From positions 32,001 to 96,000 of the forward strand of contig JAWLHY010000002.1 in assembly GCA_041690135.1 (NCBI GenBank): 64,000 nt of DNA, in the 5' to 3' direction. The DNA is from Armatimonadota bacterium. Lineage in GTDB: Bacteria; Armatimonadota; SYMT01. Shown here in pieces: positions 49,591-59,373 of the stretch. The translations under genes and the position numbers were made by a program. The notes below the pieces were generated by a model, which was not told where the DNA came from, made no database searches, and saw nothing but the letters and a program-made list of their open reading frames with translations. Every line of letters starts with the position of its first letter. Positions within the stretch are counted from its first letter, which is position 1.

Positions 49591-51069
49591 ATGAAGAAGA
49601 AGTGGGTTTTGCCTTTCCTGACCACGCTGCTGTTCGCCGGGACCGTCGCGGCCTCCGCGGCCCCGAAGCGGGCTTCGCGCACGCGACCCCCGAACATCGT
49701 GTACTTCATCATCGATGAGCTCGGCTACTACGAGCTGTCGCACATGGGCCACCCGGTGATGCGGACGCCGAACCTCGATCGGTTTGCGTCCGCGGGCATT
49801 CGCTTCACGCAGGCGCTGGCGGGCGCTCCCGTTTGCGGTCCGAGCCGCGCGTCGCTGATGACCGGCAAGCACATGGGCCACGCCTCCGTGCGGGACAACC
49901 CGGGCTCCACACCCATCCGCGCAGACGAAGAGACCCTCGCCTCCATGCTGAAGAAGGCGGGCTACGCGACCGGCGGCTTTGGGAAGTGGGGCTGCGGCGG
50001 CCGGGGGACTTCCGGGGTGCCCGAGAAGCATGGGTTCGACACCTTCTTCGGTTATTACGATCAGGTCCACGCGCACACGTTCTTCCCGGCTTACCTGGTG
50101 CGCAACAGCCGGGAGGTTCCGCTGCCCGGCAACAACGGCAACCACTACGAGGGGGAGACGTTCAGCCAGTACGTCATCGCGGACGAAGCGAAGAAGTTCA
50201 TCCGAGAGAACCGGGACCAGCCCTTCTTCGCCTACCTGCCCTGGACCCCTCCCCACGGGCGCTGGGGGATGCCGAAGAGCGATCCCTCCTATCAGCTCTA
50301 CAAGGACCGGCCCTGGACCTGGGGACCGCGCGCAGGCGAAGATCAGAAGATCTACGCCGCGATGGTGAACCTGGTCGATCGGCAGGTGGGAGAGGTCCTC
50401 GCGCTGCTGAAGGAGTTGGAGTTGGAAAGGGATACGCTGGTCCTTTTCACCGGCGATAACGGCGGCATGGAGTACTTCAAGGATGCGGAGCATCCGGCGG
50501 GGTTCTTTGGTCCCAACCTCAACCCACGCACCGGAAAGCGGTTCCGCGGCGCCAAGGGCAACCTCTACGAGGGCGGCCTGCGGGTGCCGGCACTGGCCCG
50601 GTGGCCGGGCAAGATCCGGCCGGGCCGCGTGAGCGATCACCCCTGGTACTTCCCGGACCTGATGCCGACCCTGGCGGAAGTGGCCGGAGCGCCCCCGCCT
50701 CCCGATACGGACGGGCTCTCCTTCCTCCCGGAGCTCCTCGGCCGGGAGCAGGTGGGCCGGAAGCAGAAAGTACATCCGTATTTCTACTGGGAGACCCAAC
50801 GGCCGGGCGTGCCCCAGCCCCAGGTAGCGGTGCGGATGAAGCACTGGAAGGCGATCCGGCCCGCACCGAACGCCCCGTGGGAGCTTTACAACCTGGAGCG
50901 TGACGTAGAGGAGACGACCGACCTGGCGGACCGCCGCCCGAAGATCCTCGCCAGAATGCAGGCCCTTGCCCAGGAGGCCCACACGCCGGTCCGCCCGGGC
51001 GAGGTGTACGACCAGGCACTGCTGGACAAAGACCAGCAGGCCGGCCGGTATCGCCCAGCCATGCAGTGA
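49591..51069 (+). CDS. arylsulfatase
   Basis: PNIV..DELG, CGPSRASLMTG, GKW, GDNG, YEGGLRVP. Confidence 0.95.
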   Translation: MKKKWVLPFLTTLLFAGTVAASAAPKRASRTRPPNIVYFIIDELGYYELSHMGHPVMRTPNLDRFASAGIRFTQALAGAPVCGPSRASLMTGKHMGHASVRDNPGSTPIRADEETLASMLKKAGYATGGFGKWGCGGRGTSGVPEKHGFDTFFGYYDQVHAHTFFPAYLVRNSREVPLPGNNGNHYEGETFSQYVIADEAKKFIRENRDQPFFAYLPWTPPHGRWGMPKSDPSYQLYKDRPWTWGPRAGEDQKIYAAMVNLVDRQVGEVLALLKELELERDTLVLFTGDNGGMEYFKDAEHPAGFFGPNLNPRTGKRFRGAKGNLYEGGLRVPALARWPGKIRPGRVSDHPWYFPDLMPTLAEVAGAPPPPDTDGLSFLPELLGREQVGRKQKVHPYFYWETQRPGVPQPQVAVRMKHWKAIRPAPNAPWELYNLERDVEETTDLADRRPKILARMQALAQEAHTPVRPGEVYDQALLDKDQQAGRYRPAMQ

Positions 51070-52256
51070 TGGGTCGGGTTCGAAAGAGAGCTATGCCAGC
51101 ACGCGGATGGATTCTCACGCTTCTTCTTGCCGCGACCGTCGCCGTCGCCGGGCGTACGGACCCTCCTCGTATCACTCGCGTCTGGCTCACGCACCGTAGC
51201 CCGGACCCCGGCAAAATCGTGGTGAACTGGGAGACGGACCGGCCCGGCCCCTCCGTTGTCCGGTACGGGACCACCCCCGCCTACGGCAGCGTCGCGCGGA
51301 GCGACACCCCGGTCACCCTCCACCACGTCGAGATCCCGCTCCACCGGAAGGGCGGCGTCTATCATTACCGCGTCGAGACCGGTGATGCCGCCTCGGCCGA
51401 CGCCACGTTCAAGGCCTATCCCGAGGACCGCCTACGGGTGGCCGTCGCCGCCAACTGGCCGGGCACCACCGACCTCGGGGCGCTGGAGCGCGAGGACGTC
51501 CATCTCCTGCTCACTGGAGGCGATCACATTTCCAACCTGTGGAACGCCTGTGGGGCCGGGGTGAAGGACTGCACGAAGCCGTTCGGGCAACTGGTGGACC
51601 GCTTCCCCACGCTATTCCGCTCGACCCCGTTTATGCCGGTCCTCGGCAACCATGACCGGGAGATTCGCCCCCGCGGGCCGAAGCCGCCCGCGGAGCCGGT
51701 CTACGACATCGAGGCCACCGCCTACCGCCGCTTCTTCGAGTTGCCCGCCGACGAGTGGAAGTGGCACTTCGACGTGCCGGAGTTCGGGGTCCGCTTCGTC
51801 GCTCTCGACTTCAACCACCTCTCCGACCAGGGCACCACCTGGCAGACCTGCCATCCCCTGGGGAAAGACTCGGAGCAGTACGCGTGGTACCGGGACCTGA
51901 TGGAGAAGACCCGGACGCCCTTCGTCGTGACCCTCTACAACGAGCGCCACGCCACCGTCCGCGCCCAGGCCGGCGGCGACTGGGGCCGGATGATCTCCCG
52001 CGGCACCCTGGCGATCACCGGCTTCGGACACTTCGCCGAGCGCGCGGAGGTGGACGGCTGCTCCTACTACAACACCGCCCTCGTCGCGGGCGCGCGTTAC
52101 CCGGACCCCCACTCCCGCTTCCTTGCCGGCGAGAAGAGCTACCTCGTCCTCACCTTCGAGAAGAACCCCCGCCGCCTCACCGTCGAGGTCAAACGCCTCC
52201 ACGACGGCGCCGTCCTCCACCGCAACGAGCACCACCCCCGCACCACGCCGGAGTGA
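51066..52256 (+). CDS. purple-acid-phosphatase-like protein (FN3-like N-domain plus metallophosphoesterase)
   Basis: VNWETD..S.V.YG, YHYRV, GGD, LGNHD. Confidence 0.75.
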   Translation: MMGRVRKRAMPARGWILTLLLAATVAVAGRTDPPRITRVWLTHRSPDPGKIVVNWETDRPGPSVVRYGTTPAYGSVARSDTPVTLHHVEIPLHRKGGVYHYRVETGDAASADATFKAYPEDRLRVAVAANWPGTTDLGALEREDVHLLLTGGDHISNLWNACGAGVKDCTKPFGQLVDRFPTLFRSTPFMPVLGNHDREIRPRGPKPPAEPVYDIEATAYRRFFELPADEWKWHFDVPEFGVRFVALDFNHLSDQGTTWQTCHPLGKDSEQYAWYRDLMEKTRTPFVVTLYNERHATVRAQAGGDWGRMISRGTLAITGFGHFAERAEVDGCSYYNTALVAGARYPDPHSRFLAGEKSYLVLTFEKNPRRLTVEVKRLHDGAVLHRNEHHPRTTPE

Positions 52257-52467
52257 CGAAGGGATCATTCCAACCGCTTTGGCCGCTGATGGTTCCTCTC
52301 CTGGTAGCCGCATCCACCACTGTCAACCAACTGCACGTGCTAGCCCGGACTCGGAGCGTCGTTCCCCAGTCACCCGCATGGCCCTCTTCCTACGCTTTCT
52401 CGGAGTGACGAAAGTCCGGCGCCAAAGAAACAAAGGGCTGGCTGGATGTGAAGCTGTTTGGAGGCCT

Positions 52468-53241
52468 TTACTTTGCGTCTGCAATATCGCGTTCGTGTAT
52501 CCAGCCCTCTAACTCCTGGCCATCGTATTTGAAGGTAATTCTACAACGAATGATCTCGTATTCCGGTGAGATCGGATGTATTACACGCTCCTGTATCACG
52601 GCGCGAGTTCCATTCGGTACTTTGGCCACTCGGTGCTCTTCACCCCAGGCGTCATCACGAGCAGAAACGCTTACCGCTCCGCGATCATTCCGCAGACGGA
52701 CTTTGTCACCTCTCTTGAAGACATCCTGAGCAGCGGTGTCAGCGAAGTAGAGATTACCGATTTCAACCTGTGTCTCCATCGGTCCAGTTTCGCTAGCGTC
52801 TTCCCATCGACCGTTGGGTGCGAGCACCGCTTTCCCCACCGTGAATGTACCGGTTGTAGCTTCGCCAGGACGGTAAGCGAACACCATCGCAGCCTGTGCC
52901 TCTTCTCGCTTGGCGAGTTGAATCACCGCTTCCTGCAGGGCTGTCTCAACCTCCTCTCGAGAGTGCCCAAGCGGGATCACGATCCTCCCGGAGACGCGTC
53001 GCGCAGTGCCGATACTTACGTCCTCCGGATCACCAGAGAAGGTGAAGGCCACTCCCGACTCAGGCGCTGTGGGCAGATTTGCCTGCTGCTGCGCCGACGA
53101 CTCTGACCTTTCGATGTTGGTCGATGCCACTGGGTTCGAATATGCGCGCTCCGCCGCAGGTTCGCATCCGGTTAGCAGAGTCCCGCAAAGCACACCCAGG
53201 GCCGACACCGCCAGTAGCTTGTTGGTGACAGGAAACAACAT
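52468..53241 (-). CDS. hypothetical lipoprotein, visibly lower GC
   Basis: LLTGC lipobox; C-terminal SH3-like EGWI. Confidence 0.6.
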   Translation of the reverse strand: MLFPVTNKLLAVSALGVLCGTLLTGCEPAAERAYSNPVASTNIERSESSAQQQANLPTAPESGVAFTFSGDPEDVSIGTARRVSGRIVIPLGHSREEVETALQEAVIQLAKREEAQAAMVFAYRPGEATTGTFTVGKAVLAPNGRWEDASETGPMETQVEIGNLYFADTAAQDVFKRGDKVRLRNDRGAVSVSARDDAWGEEHRVAKVPNGTRAVIQERVIHPISPEYEIIRCRITFKYDGQELEGWIHERDIADAK

Positions 53242-53408
53242 CCTTTGCTTCTCCGATGGCAAGAAAAGACTTCCAAGGCATGGCTTTTCGCCCGCGCAAC
53301 TCCAAGTCGAGGCCTCGGCCGACGACTCAGGCAGGGAGCCCGCCGCGCTTCTGTTCCCGCTCCTCCTGGAAGCAACCTTCCTCCGGTCACCGTGTCTATG
53401 GCCTTACG

Positions 53409-53693
53409 ATGCCAATTCTCACCGGACCAACCGAGCCTCGGAAACACAGCCGTGCCCTCTGGCTAGCCCTGTTGGGAGTGCCGGCCCTCCTCCTGGGAGG
53501 CCTGTTGGTAGTGCCCTTCTTTATCACGATGCGCATCCAACTTGGCCCGAACCATTCCTTTTGCGTGGTGGCAACGACTGGATCAAGACTCCCTATGGGC
53601 GTCCACCAGGGATACGGATCGAGTTACACACAGGTGTTGATCACTTCGGGTGACCGGTTGGGTGACATCGCCTATCTTCTCACCTGGGACTGA
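53409..53693 (+). CDS. small membrane protein
   Basis: TM ALWLALLGVPALLLGGLLVVPFF. Confidence 0.4.
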   Translation: MPILTGPTEPRKHSRALWLALLGVPALLLGGLLVVPFFITMRIQLGPNHSFCVVATTGSRLPMGVHQGYGSSYTQVLITSGDRLGDIAYLLTWD

Positions 53694-53746
53694 AGCTCCC
53701 ATGTGGTCCCTCGCCGACTTCACTAACCGGGCGTCGATGAAACTTC

Positions 53747-54820
53747 TCAAGCCTTCCTGATCGGGGCCAGCTCCAGGGTGAGCCGGTTCTGCGCTCCCTC
53801 GTTGCGCTGGTTGCGCGTGGGGGAGTAGTCGTATGCCTCGACCGTCTTGCCGTCGGCGCTGAACTCGAGAAGCCGCAGCCAGCCGTCGCCGCCCTTCGGC
53901 CGCATTTGGAAGTTCACCAGCACCTGGTGCACCTCACGACCGCCGGGCGTCCGGGTCGTCACCCGGCCCAGGCCGTCCCCCAGGACGTGGCCGTTGAGCG
54001 TCAGCACGAAGTTCTCGTGCTTCGCGATGAGGTTGTCCCACAGTTCCTCGCCGTCGGAGACGTCGTCCCGCGTGGCCTTTGCTACCCCGTAGGCGTGGGG
54101 GTTCCACTTCTGGTTCGGTCCGTGCTGCTTCCAGTTGTAGCGGGTGTCGTCGAAGTAGATGTAGGCGTGGGTGATCAGGATGGCTTCGCGGTCGCTGTGC
54201 TTCCGCGCGACTTCATTGGCCCACCGGACCACGTCGGCCCGGGGACCGAACTCCAGGGCCAGCACCAGGAACTTCCGGTCGTTCGCGGTGAACAGGTGGT
54301 AGCTGTTCTCCATCCGCTCCGGCTCCCGGTCGTAGGTGCCGCCGAAGGTCGGACGGTCGCGGTAGCGGGAGACCGGCAGGTAGTCGGTCAGCAGTGTGGT
54401 CCGGTCCTTGCAAACACCGCCCTGGCTGTAGTCGTGGTTGCCGGGGCAGAAGACGTAGGGCAGCCGGGCCTCGTCGAGCACCTTCAGCGCCTTCGAGGCG
54501 TTCTCCCATTCCGCCTGGGTGCTCCGGTTGGTGATGTCCCCCAGGTGCAGCACCCAGGCGATGTTCCGGGCCTGCCGGTTCTCCGCCAGCCACCGCGTCT
54601 GGGCCACGAACGTCTCCGGGTACTTCTCGCTGTAGTTCTGCGTGTCGGGAAGCACGGCCACGGTGAACGAGCCTTTAGCGGGTTTCGGGGGCTCGCCATC
54701 GAGGAGCTTGCCATCGGCATAGGGGTCGGGCTTCGTTTCCTGGGCCGCGACGGCTCCGAGGGGGGCCAGGGCGAGGGCTGCCCCGTGAGTCAGAACGGTT
54801 CGACGGGTGATTGGGCGCAT
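53747..54820 (-). CDS. Tat-exported calcineurin-like metallophosphoesterase
   Basis: TRRTVL twin-Arg; PDTQ, HLGDI, PGNHD, THAY, NGH. Confidence 0.9.
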   Translation of the reverse strand: MRPITRRTVLTHGAALALAPLGAVAAQETKPDPYADGKLLDGEPPKPAKGSFTVAVLPDTQNYSEKYPETFVAQTRWLAENRQARNIAWVLHLGDITNRSTQAEWENASKALKVLDEARLPYVFCPGNHDYSQGGVCKDRTTLLTDYLPVSRYRDRPTFGGTYDREPERMENSYHLFTANDRKFLVLALEFGPRADVVRWANEVARKHSDREAILITHAYIYFDDTRYNWKQHGPNQKWNPHAYGVAKATRDDVSDGEELWDNLIAKHENFVLTLNGHVLGDGLGRVTTRTPGGREVHQVLVNFQMRPKGGDGWLRLLEFSADGKTVEAYDYSPTRNQRNEGAQNRLTLELAPIRKA

Positions 54821-55014
54821 GATCGGTTCGCTCCCGCAAGGACGCACGCCACCGGTCCGGGTGGAGGGGCGTGAAGGGGTTGGTGTGGATTCCCGGTGCC
54901 TGGCACACTGCCGGACGGCGAAGACACTCTGGGCTTAGTATCTACGCAAACTGGTTCATAGTCGCCATAAGAGTACCTTAACACTGGCGGATGGGCCGGG
55001 GCGCGATGGGGCTC

Positions 55015-55608
55015 TCACGCCGCCCGTAAGCGCTGCTGGTAGTTCCGGATTCTCTGTTCGAACTCCCTCAGGAACGGCTCATTCTCGGCGTCCACATCCA
55101 ATGTGCGGGCGAAGCTGACCTCCTCGAGAAGTTGCTTGCACTCCTCGGGAGTAGCCCCATCCACGCCAAACAGGATTCCCGTAGGCCACTCATGCTGGCA
55201 GTAGGCAAACCATCTCAAAAGCGCACCCAGCAGGCTTTTCCGGATGCCTGCGTTCTCGGGTTCCAGCTCGTAGGCTTCTCGTAGGAGCTGCTGCTCGGAT
55301 CGATACTCTATCTGCGCGTGCAGCGCCGCGGAGGCATACAGATTCTGGGCTGTCTTCGCGAGCCAGAAGGTGCTCCACACTTCGCTACGGCGGTAACCGT
55401 CGAGCAGAACCGGGAAGATCAGGTGTTCGTAGAGCTCATGCCGGATCCGGTGCCCGAAGTCACCGCTTTCCAAAAACGACCGGACCCAGGCCCGACGGTC
55501 GTCATCCGGCGTGAAGGAGGCGATAAAGCGCTGAAGCGCGGAGGACGCCTCCGGTCTGCGCCCTTCAGCGAGAAGGCGCTGAAACTCCTGATAGTGTTGC
55601 AAGTCCAT
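55015..55608 (-). CDS. hypothetical helical protein
   Basis: MDLQHYQEF... [11 protein letters not shown] motif. Confidence 0.6.
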   Translation of the reverse strand: MDLQHYQEFQRLLAEGRRPEASSALQRFIASFTPDDDRRAWVRSFLESGDFGHRIRHELYEHLIFPVLLDGYRRSEVWSTFWLAKTAQNLYASAALHAQIEYRSEQQLLREAYELEPENAGIRKSLLGALLRWFAYCQHEWPTGILFGVDGATPEECKQLLEEVSFARTLDVDAENEPFLREFEQRIRNYQQRLRAA

Positions 55609-55628
55609 GCTACTGGTTATGAGGCCGT

Positions 55629-55911
55629 GGGAAAGCTGAAGGGGAGGAAGGAAGAGGGGGAGAGCCTGCTGGACCGGACCACCGTCCTGTTCGGCAGCAA
55701 CCTGGGGAATGCGTCCAGCCACTCGGTAAAGAACCTGCCGGTCCTGCTGGCGGGAGGGGGCTTCCGTCACGGGCAGCACCTGGCCTTTAATCCGGACCAA
55801 CCGCCGCCGCTCTGCAACCTCTACGTGAGCATGCTGCAGCGCCTCGGTCTGGAAACCGACCGCTTCGGTTCCAGCACCGGCACCCTCTCCGGATTGGAGC
55901 CGGTCGGTTGA
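55629..55911 (+). pseudogene. C-terminal fragment of a DUF1552-family gene
   Basis: [36 protein letters not shown]...[19 protein letters not shown] with no N-terminal part. Confidence 0.75.
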
Positions 55912-55943
55912 TCAATGAAACAATACGCGGATCCAAAGGGCGC

Positions 55944-56519
55944 CTAGCCGATGGTTGGGTCCTCAAGACCGGGGGTGGGCTTCTCCAACTCTTGTGTCCC
56001 ACAGGACTGCGCCAGGAAGGCCCGCCCCACCCGCGTGCACTCCTCGTCGCACCATACATTGTGAATCGACACCGGCCGGTCGCCCTTCTTCCCCGCCGCG
56101 AGATCCCGCTTCGTCGGGTGACCGGCGATCAGCACCGGGCGCACGTCTCCCAGCCGCTGGAGGTTGGCCTGCGCGGCCCGAGCCCAGGACACGGGGACCC
56201 CTTGCAGCTCCCAGCCGTGGAACAGGCGCTGGATCGTGATCTCGGAATCGCAGCCGAACTCGCCCGACCAGCCGTCGGGGAGCGCGCGAAGACAGCGGGC
56301 GGCGGCGGCAAACTCTCCCAGGTCGTTGCCCAGGTAGCGCAGGCTGGCTTCCGCCGGGGTGATCACTCCCGAGGCGTAAACGGCGCGGATCCCGGGCTTC
56401 ACGATGTGACACCACGCCCAGGAAATGCCGAGGTCGGAGGGGTTCTTGCTGCCCACCATGCCGGAGTCGCTGTAGCAGGCGATGATGGGGCGGTCGGCGA
56501 GGGAGGCGACTCGGTTCAT
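55944..56519 (-). CDS. RNase H-like protein
   Basis: YSD, N..GE, CDS, AGH, N..CD in RNase HI order; GGAG RBS. Confidence 0.65.
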   Translation of the reverse strand: MNRVASLADRPIIACYSDSGMVGSKNPSDLGISWAWCHIVKPGIRAVYASGVITPAEASLRYLGNDLGEFAAAARCLRALPDGWSGEFGCDSEITIQRLFHGWELQGVPVSWARAAQANLQRLGDVRPVLIAGHPTKRDLAAGKKGDRPVSIHNVWCDEECTRVGRAFLAQSCGTQELEKPTPGLEDPTIG

Positions 56520-56657
56520 ACTCCGTGGTTCCCCACGCCCCACCCGATTCCCCTCTTGCCGCCCGTCGCGGTTGCGCAACTTCACGGGCGGGCGGGGCCC
56601 CGCAAACTCCGGGCGAAGTTTGCTGTTGGAGGGGGAGTTTGTGTTGGTGGCAGGCAC

Positions 56658-56690
56658 AAAAACCCGGTTCAAGAGATCTCTTGAACCGGG
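56658..56690 (-). terminator. rho-independent terminator after tRNA-Pro
   Basis: Perfect palindrome CCCGGTTCAAGAGATCTCTTGAACCGGG followed by TTTTT on the minus strand. Confidence 0.9.
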
Positions 56691-56703
56691 CCTTTGAACT
56701 GGA

Positions 56704-56777
56704 TCGGGGTGATAGGATTTGAACCTACGACCTCAGCGTCCCGAACGCTGCGCTCTACCAAGCTGAGCCACACCCCG
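56704..56777 (-). tRNA. tRNA-Pro (anticodon CGG)
   Basis: Cloverleaf CGGGGTG/CACCCCG acceptor stem, CAGCG-TTCGGGA-CGCTG anticodon arm, GGTTCAAATCC T arm; followed by A-TCCA, so CCA is not exactly encoded. Confidence 0.97.
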
Positions 56778-57082
56778 TTTTCGCACAGGCGGCCCCTCGC
56801 CTTTCCGGTGGGGGGAGCCTGACGAGCGAAATCATAGCATGGGACCCGGTGGTCGTCAATATGCGCGTGGAGATTCCCCACTGCTGCCAATGTCGGGCGG
56901 CAGCGGGCATCTTTCCAGAGTGGGAGGCTCCCGGTCCGGCGGTAGGCGCCGCACCGCAGTGTCCCTCCTTCAAGATGCCCGTGCCTATTACCCTTCAATA
57001 CATCCTGGCGGCGGCGGCCCTGGCGGTCCTGGGGATCGTGGTCGCGCTGGCGTACCTGGCGCTGGCGACACGCGTGGGCGCG

Positions 57083-57354
57083 GATAGGGATTAGGACTAG
57101 GATTGCGATGAGGATGAGGATCGAGGGGATAAGGATCGGGTGGATAAAGATAAGGATAATGAGACCCGCTTCACGACGGGTTTCCTGACCGGGGGTGGGG
57201 CGGATAAGGATCGAGGGGATAAAGATCGGGCGGATAAGGATAAGGATAATGAGACCCGCTTCGCGACGGGTGCCCTGACCAGGGGGCGGAGTGGATTAGG
57301 ATCAGGATGAGGATTAAGAGTTCCGAGTAATGACGGGTTCCCTGACCGGGGGGA
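57083..57354. repeat. GATAAG/GATTAG hexamer tract with 90-bp tandem duplication
   Basis: tcgaggggat at 57121 and 57211; each unit has hairpin ACCCG-N8-CGGGT; partial third unit at 57332. Confidence 0.85.
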
Positions 57355-57458
57355 TGGCCACGGCGCTTACGGGATCTGGTTCAGAAGGCTTGGTGCTTCG
57401 GCGGAGGGCTCATCAGGCTCGGGGAAGTTGCTGCGGGTCTATCGCTTCTCGCCATGAC
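57332..57458 (-). repeat. dispersed element copy 3
   Basis: Reverse complement GTCATGGCGAGAAGCG..CCGCAGCAACTTC..GATGAGCC..CGAAGCAC..ATCCCGTAAGCGCCGTGGC..CCCCCGGTCAGGGAA. Confidence 0.8.
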
Positions 57459-57470
57459 TACCGTTTTCGT

Positions 57471-57510
57471 TGCCTGACTGCCTGACCACCCGACCACCCG
57501 ACCACCCGAC
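57471..57510. repeat. octamer tract (GACCACCC)n
   Basis: tgcctgactgcctgaccacccgaccacccgaccacccgac. Confidence 0.8.
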
Positions 57511-57584
57511 TTGCCAAGCGCGGGCCCCGCGGTCGGTTCACGCCGGGGGGCCCGCGTTCGTAAGCTCTCGTTTGGCTGGCACGC

Positions 57585-58679
57585 TTACCGGTACGTGTCC
57601 AGCGTCAGGCGGTTGCCGGTGCGGTCCCAATCGACGCGCATGCCGGCGGTGCGGCTGAGGTATTCGGTGGGGACGTAGATCTCGCCGTTGATCGAGATCG
57701 GCGTCGAGGTCAGCCGCTGGGTGCGGTCGCCGCGTACCACCACGGAGTCCTCGCCCGCGTAGCCGCGGACCGGGCCGTCCGGCGTGTTGAGCGTGAAGTT
57801 CAGATCGCCGCGCCGGTGGACGTAGCGCCATTCCGCGGCATCCGCGATCGGACGCAGCGGTACGTAGAGTTGACCGTTCATCCGCAGCGGCTGGGCGTCG
57901 CCGAACCGGACGATCCGCCCGTCGAGCCGGACTTCCGTATCGCTCCGGAGTTCCTCCCGCTCGCCGAGAACCTGGTCGTTTTCGAAACGGCCATTAAGCG
58001 TGTTCCGTGCCACGTACCGGTAATTGTTGCGATCGTTGAACGCCACGCGGTTGTCCAGCCGGATGCCGAAATCGGCGCCGCGGTCCAGGGAAACGTCGCG
58101 GAAGTTGCGGTCCCGGTCCCGGTTGAGGTAGGAGTAGATGGCGCCGCCCAGGCCGCCCAGGAGCGCGCCCTTCAGCCAGTCGTCGTCACCCAGGATACCG
58201 CCCAGGATCGCCCCGGCGCCGGCGCCATAGCCGACCCATTTCCAGTCGAAGCTGTCTCCGCTCTGGCGACGAGCGACGATCCGCCCGTCAGAGGTCCGCT
58301 GAACGTCGTCATCCCCCAGGCTCGCCAGTGTGCCGTCGATGCTCACGCGCTGACCGTCGGGGAGCCACGCGCGCTGGAACTCCATGTCGATGATGCCGGG
58401 CCGGTTGTTGTTCGACCGCTGGACCTGCGTGATGGTGCCTTCAAAGCGGGTTCCTTCGGGGAAGCCGCTCCGGTCGGCGGGATCGATCCGGGCCGCCACT
58501 CGCTGTCCCACCCGGGCGTTGCGGCTGCTCAGGCTCTGATCCAACTCGGCGTGAACCACCGTGTTCGCCGGAATGAAAATTCGGTCGCTCTGCGCCGCTG
58601 CCTCGCGCGTTGTGCCCGCTATTCCCAGGCTCGCGACGAGGACCGGCAGAAACGCCCGTGCTGTCAGTCGTGCATCCAT
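57585..58679 (-). CDS. exported protein: TrbI-like N-domain, glycine zipper, copper-amine-oxidase-N-like C-domain
   Basis: LDQSLSS..ARVG; GAGAGAILGG; LYVPLR.IA, IYVP. Confidence 0.7.
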   Translation of the reverse strand: MDARLTARAFLPVLVASLGIAGTTREAAAQSDRIFIPANTVVHAELDQSLSSRNARVGQRVAARIDPADRSGFPEGTRFEGTITQVQRSNNNRPGIIDMEFQRAWLPDGQRVSIDGTLASLGDDDVQRTSDGRIVARRQSGDSFDWKWVGYGAGAGAILGGILGDDDWLKGALLGGLGGAIYSYLNRDRDRNFRDVSLDRGADFGIRLDNRVAFNDRNNYRYVARNTLNGRFENDQVLGEREELRSDTEVRLDGRIVRFGDAQPLRMNGQLYVPLRPIADAAEWRYVHRRGDLNFTLNTPDGPVRGYAGEDSVVVRGDRTQRLTSTPISINGEIYVPTEYLSRTAGMRVDWDRTGNRLTLDTYR

Positions 58680-59183
58680 CGTTTGGAACTCCCCCTCTCC
58701 CCAATCATTGGGGCCAAAACTGCTTTCGGGATCGCCCTTTCGTACCCGGCTCTGTCTCTAATAAAACTCAATCGAGGGAGTGTGCCCTCGTCCATTGGCA
58801 GGAGCACAGCCGCATCTTTGGTTTGAGGAGGTGGTGGGAGGCGCCCGTATCCCCGGCCCCTCAGGGATAGTATTTCCGGAATGCTCCCGAACTGTGAACA
58901 CGCGGCGAACGCCGCAATCCTCCGGCGGTTAGGCGGGCAGCAGGCAGCCGGGGGCGCCTGCTGCTGCTCTCCAGGAGAGAACGGGGGCGGTCAGGGAAGG
59001 CTCGGGACGTAAGGATTGGTCAGCGAGCGCTCCGGTCAATAAAACAGTGAAGACGTCGGAGAGCACGGTAGTGGGAACTGGGAGAGGAATGCCGACGTCT
59101 GGAGTAGTAGGAGTCCGTATGGGGTGCTGGTCCGGCGTGGGACCGGCGAGGCAACGGACCCAGGGAAAAGGAAGGGGAGTACG

Positions 59184-59369
59184 GTGCAGTACCTGACGGT
59201 GCGGGAAAGCGTCCGTCGACTGCGGGCCGCCGGATTAGACGCGAAGCCGCGGACGGTGCGCCGGTGGATTGAGGAACGGAAGGTGCGGGACGTCTGGGTT
59301 CTAGGCGACCACACTTTTATTTACGAAGGCGAGCTCGAAGCGCTGATCTCAGGTGAGCGTGCGGGCTGA
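59184..59369 (+). CDS. small HTH DNA-binding protein (excisionase/HTH_17-like)
   Basis: GTG start after AAGGGGAG; YLTVRE...RTVRRWI...ELEALI. Confidence 0.6.
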   Translation: MQYLTVRESVRRLRAAGLDAKPRTVRRWIEERKVRDVWVLGDHTFIYEGELEALISGERAG

Positions 59370-59373
59370 AAGA

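Noticed and set aside
56975-57094. Small hydrophobic ORF upstream of the tRNA
   Set aside because: No RBS, only 39 codons, and it ends in a repeat tract; unsupported.
57083-57354. CRISPR array
   Set aside because: Whole 90-bp units are near-identical with no unique spacers, and no cas genes are present.
57395-57420. Hammerhead-like CTGATGAG...CGAA core on the minus strand of element copy 3
   Set aside because: Stem II does not pair, GAAA is GAAG, and copy 1 has CAGATGA while copy 2 lacks the core.
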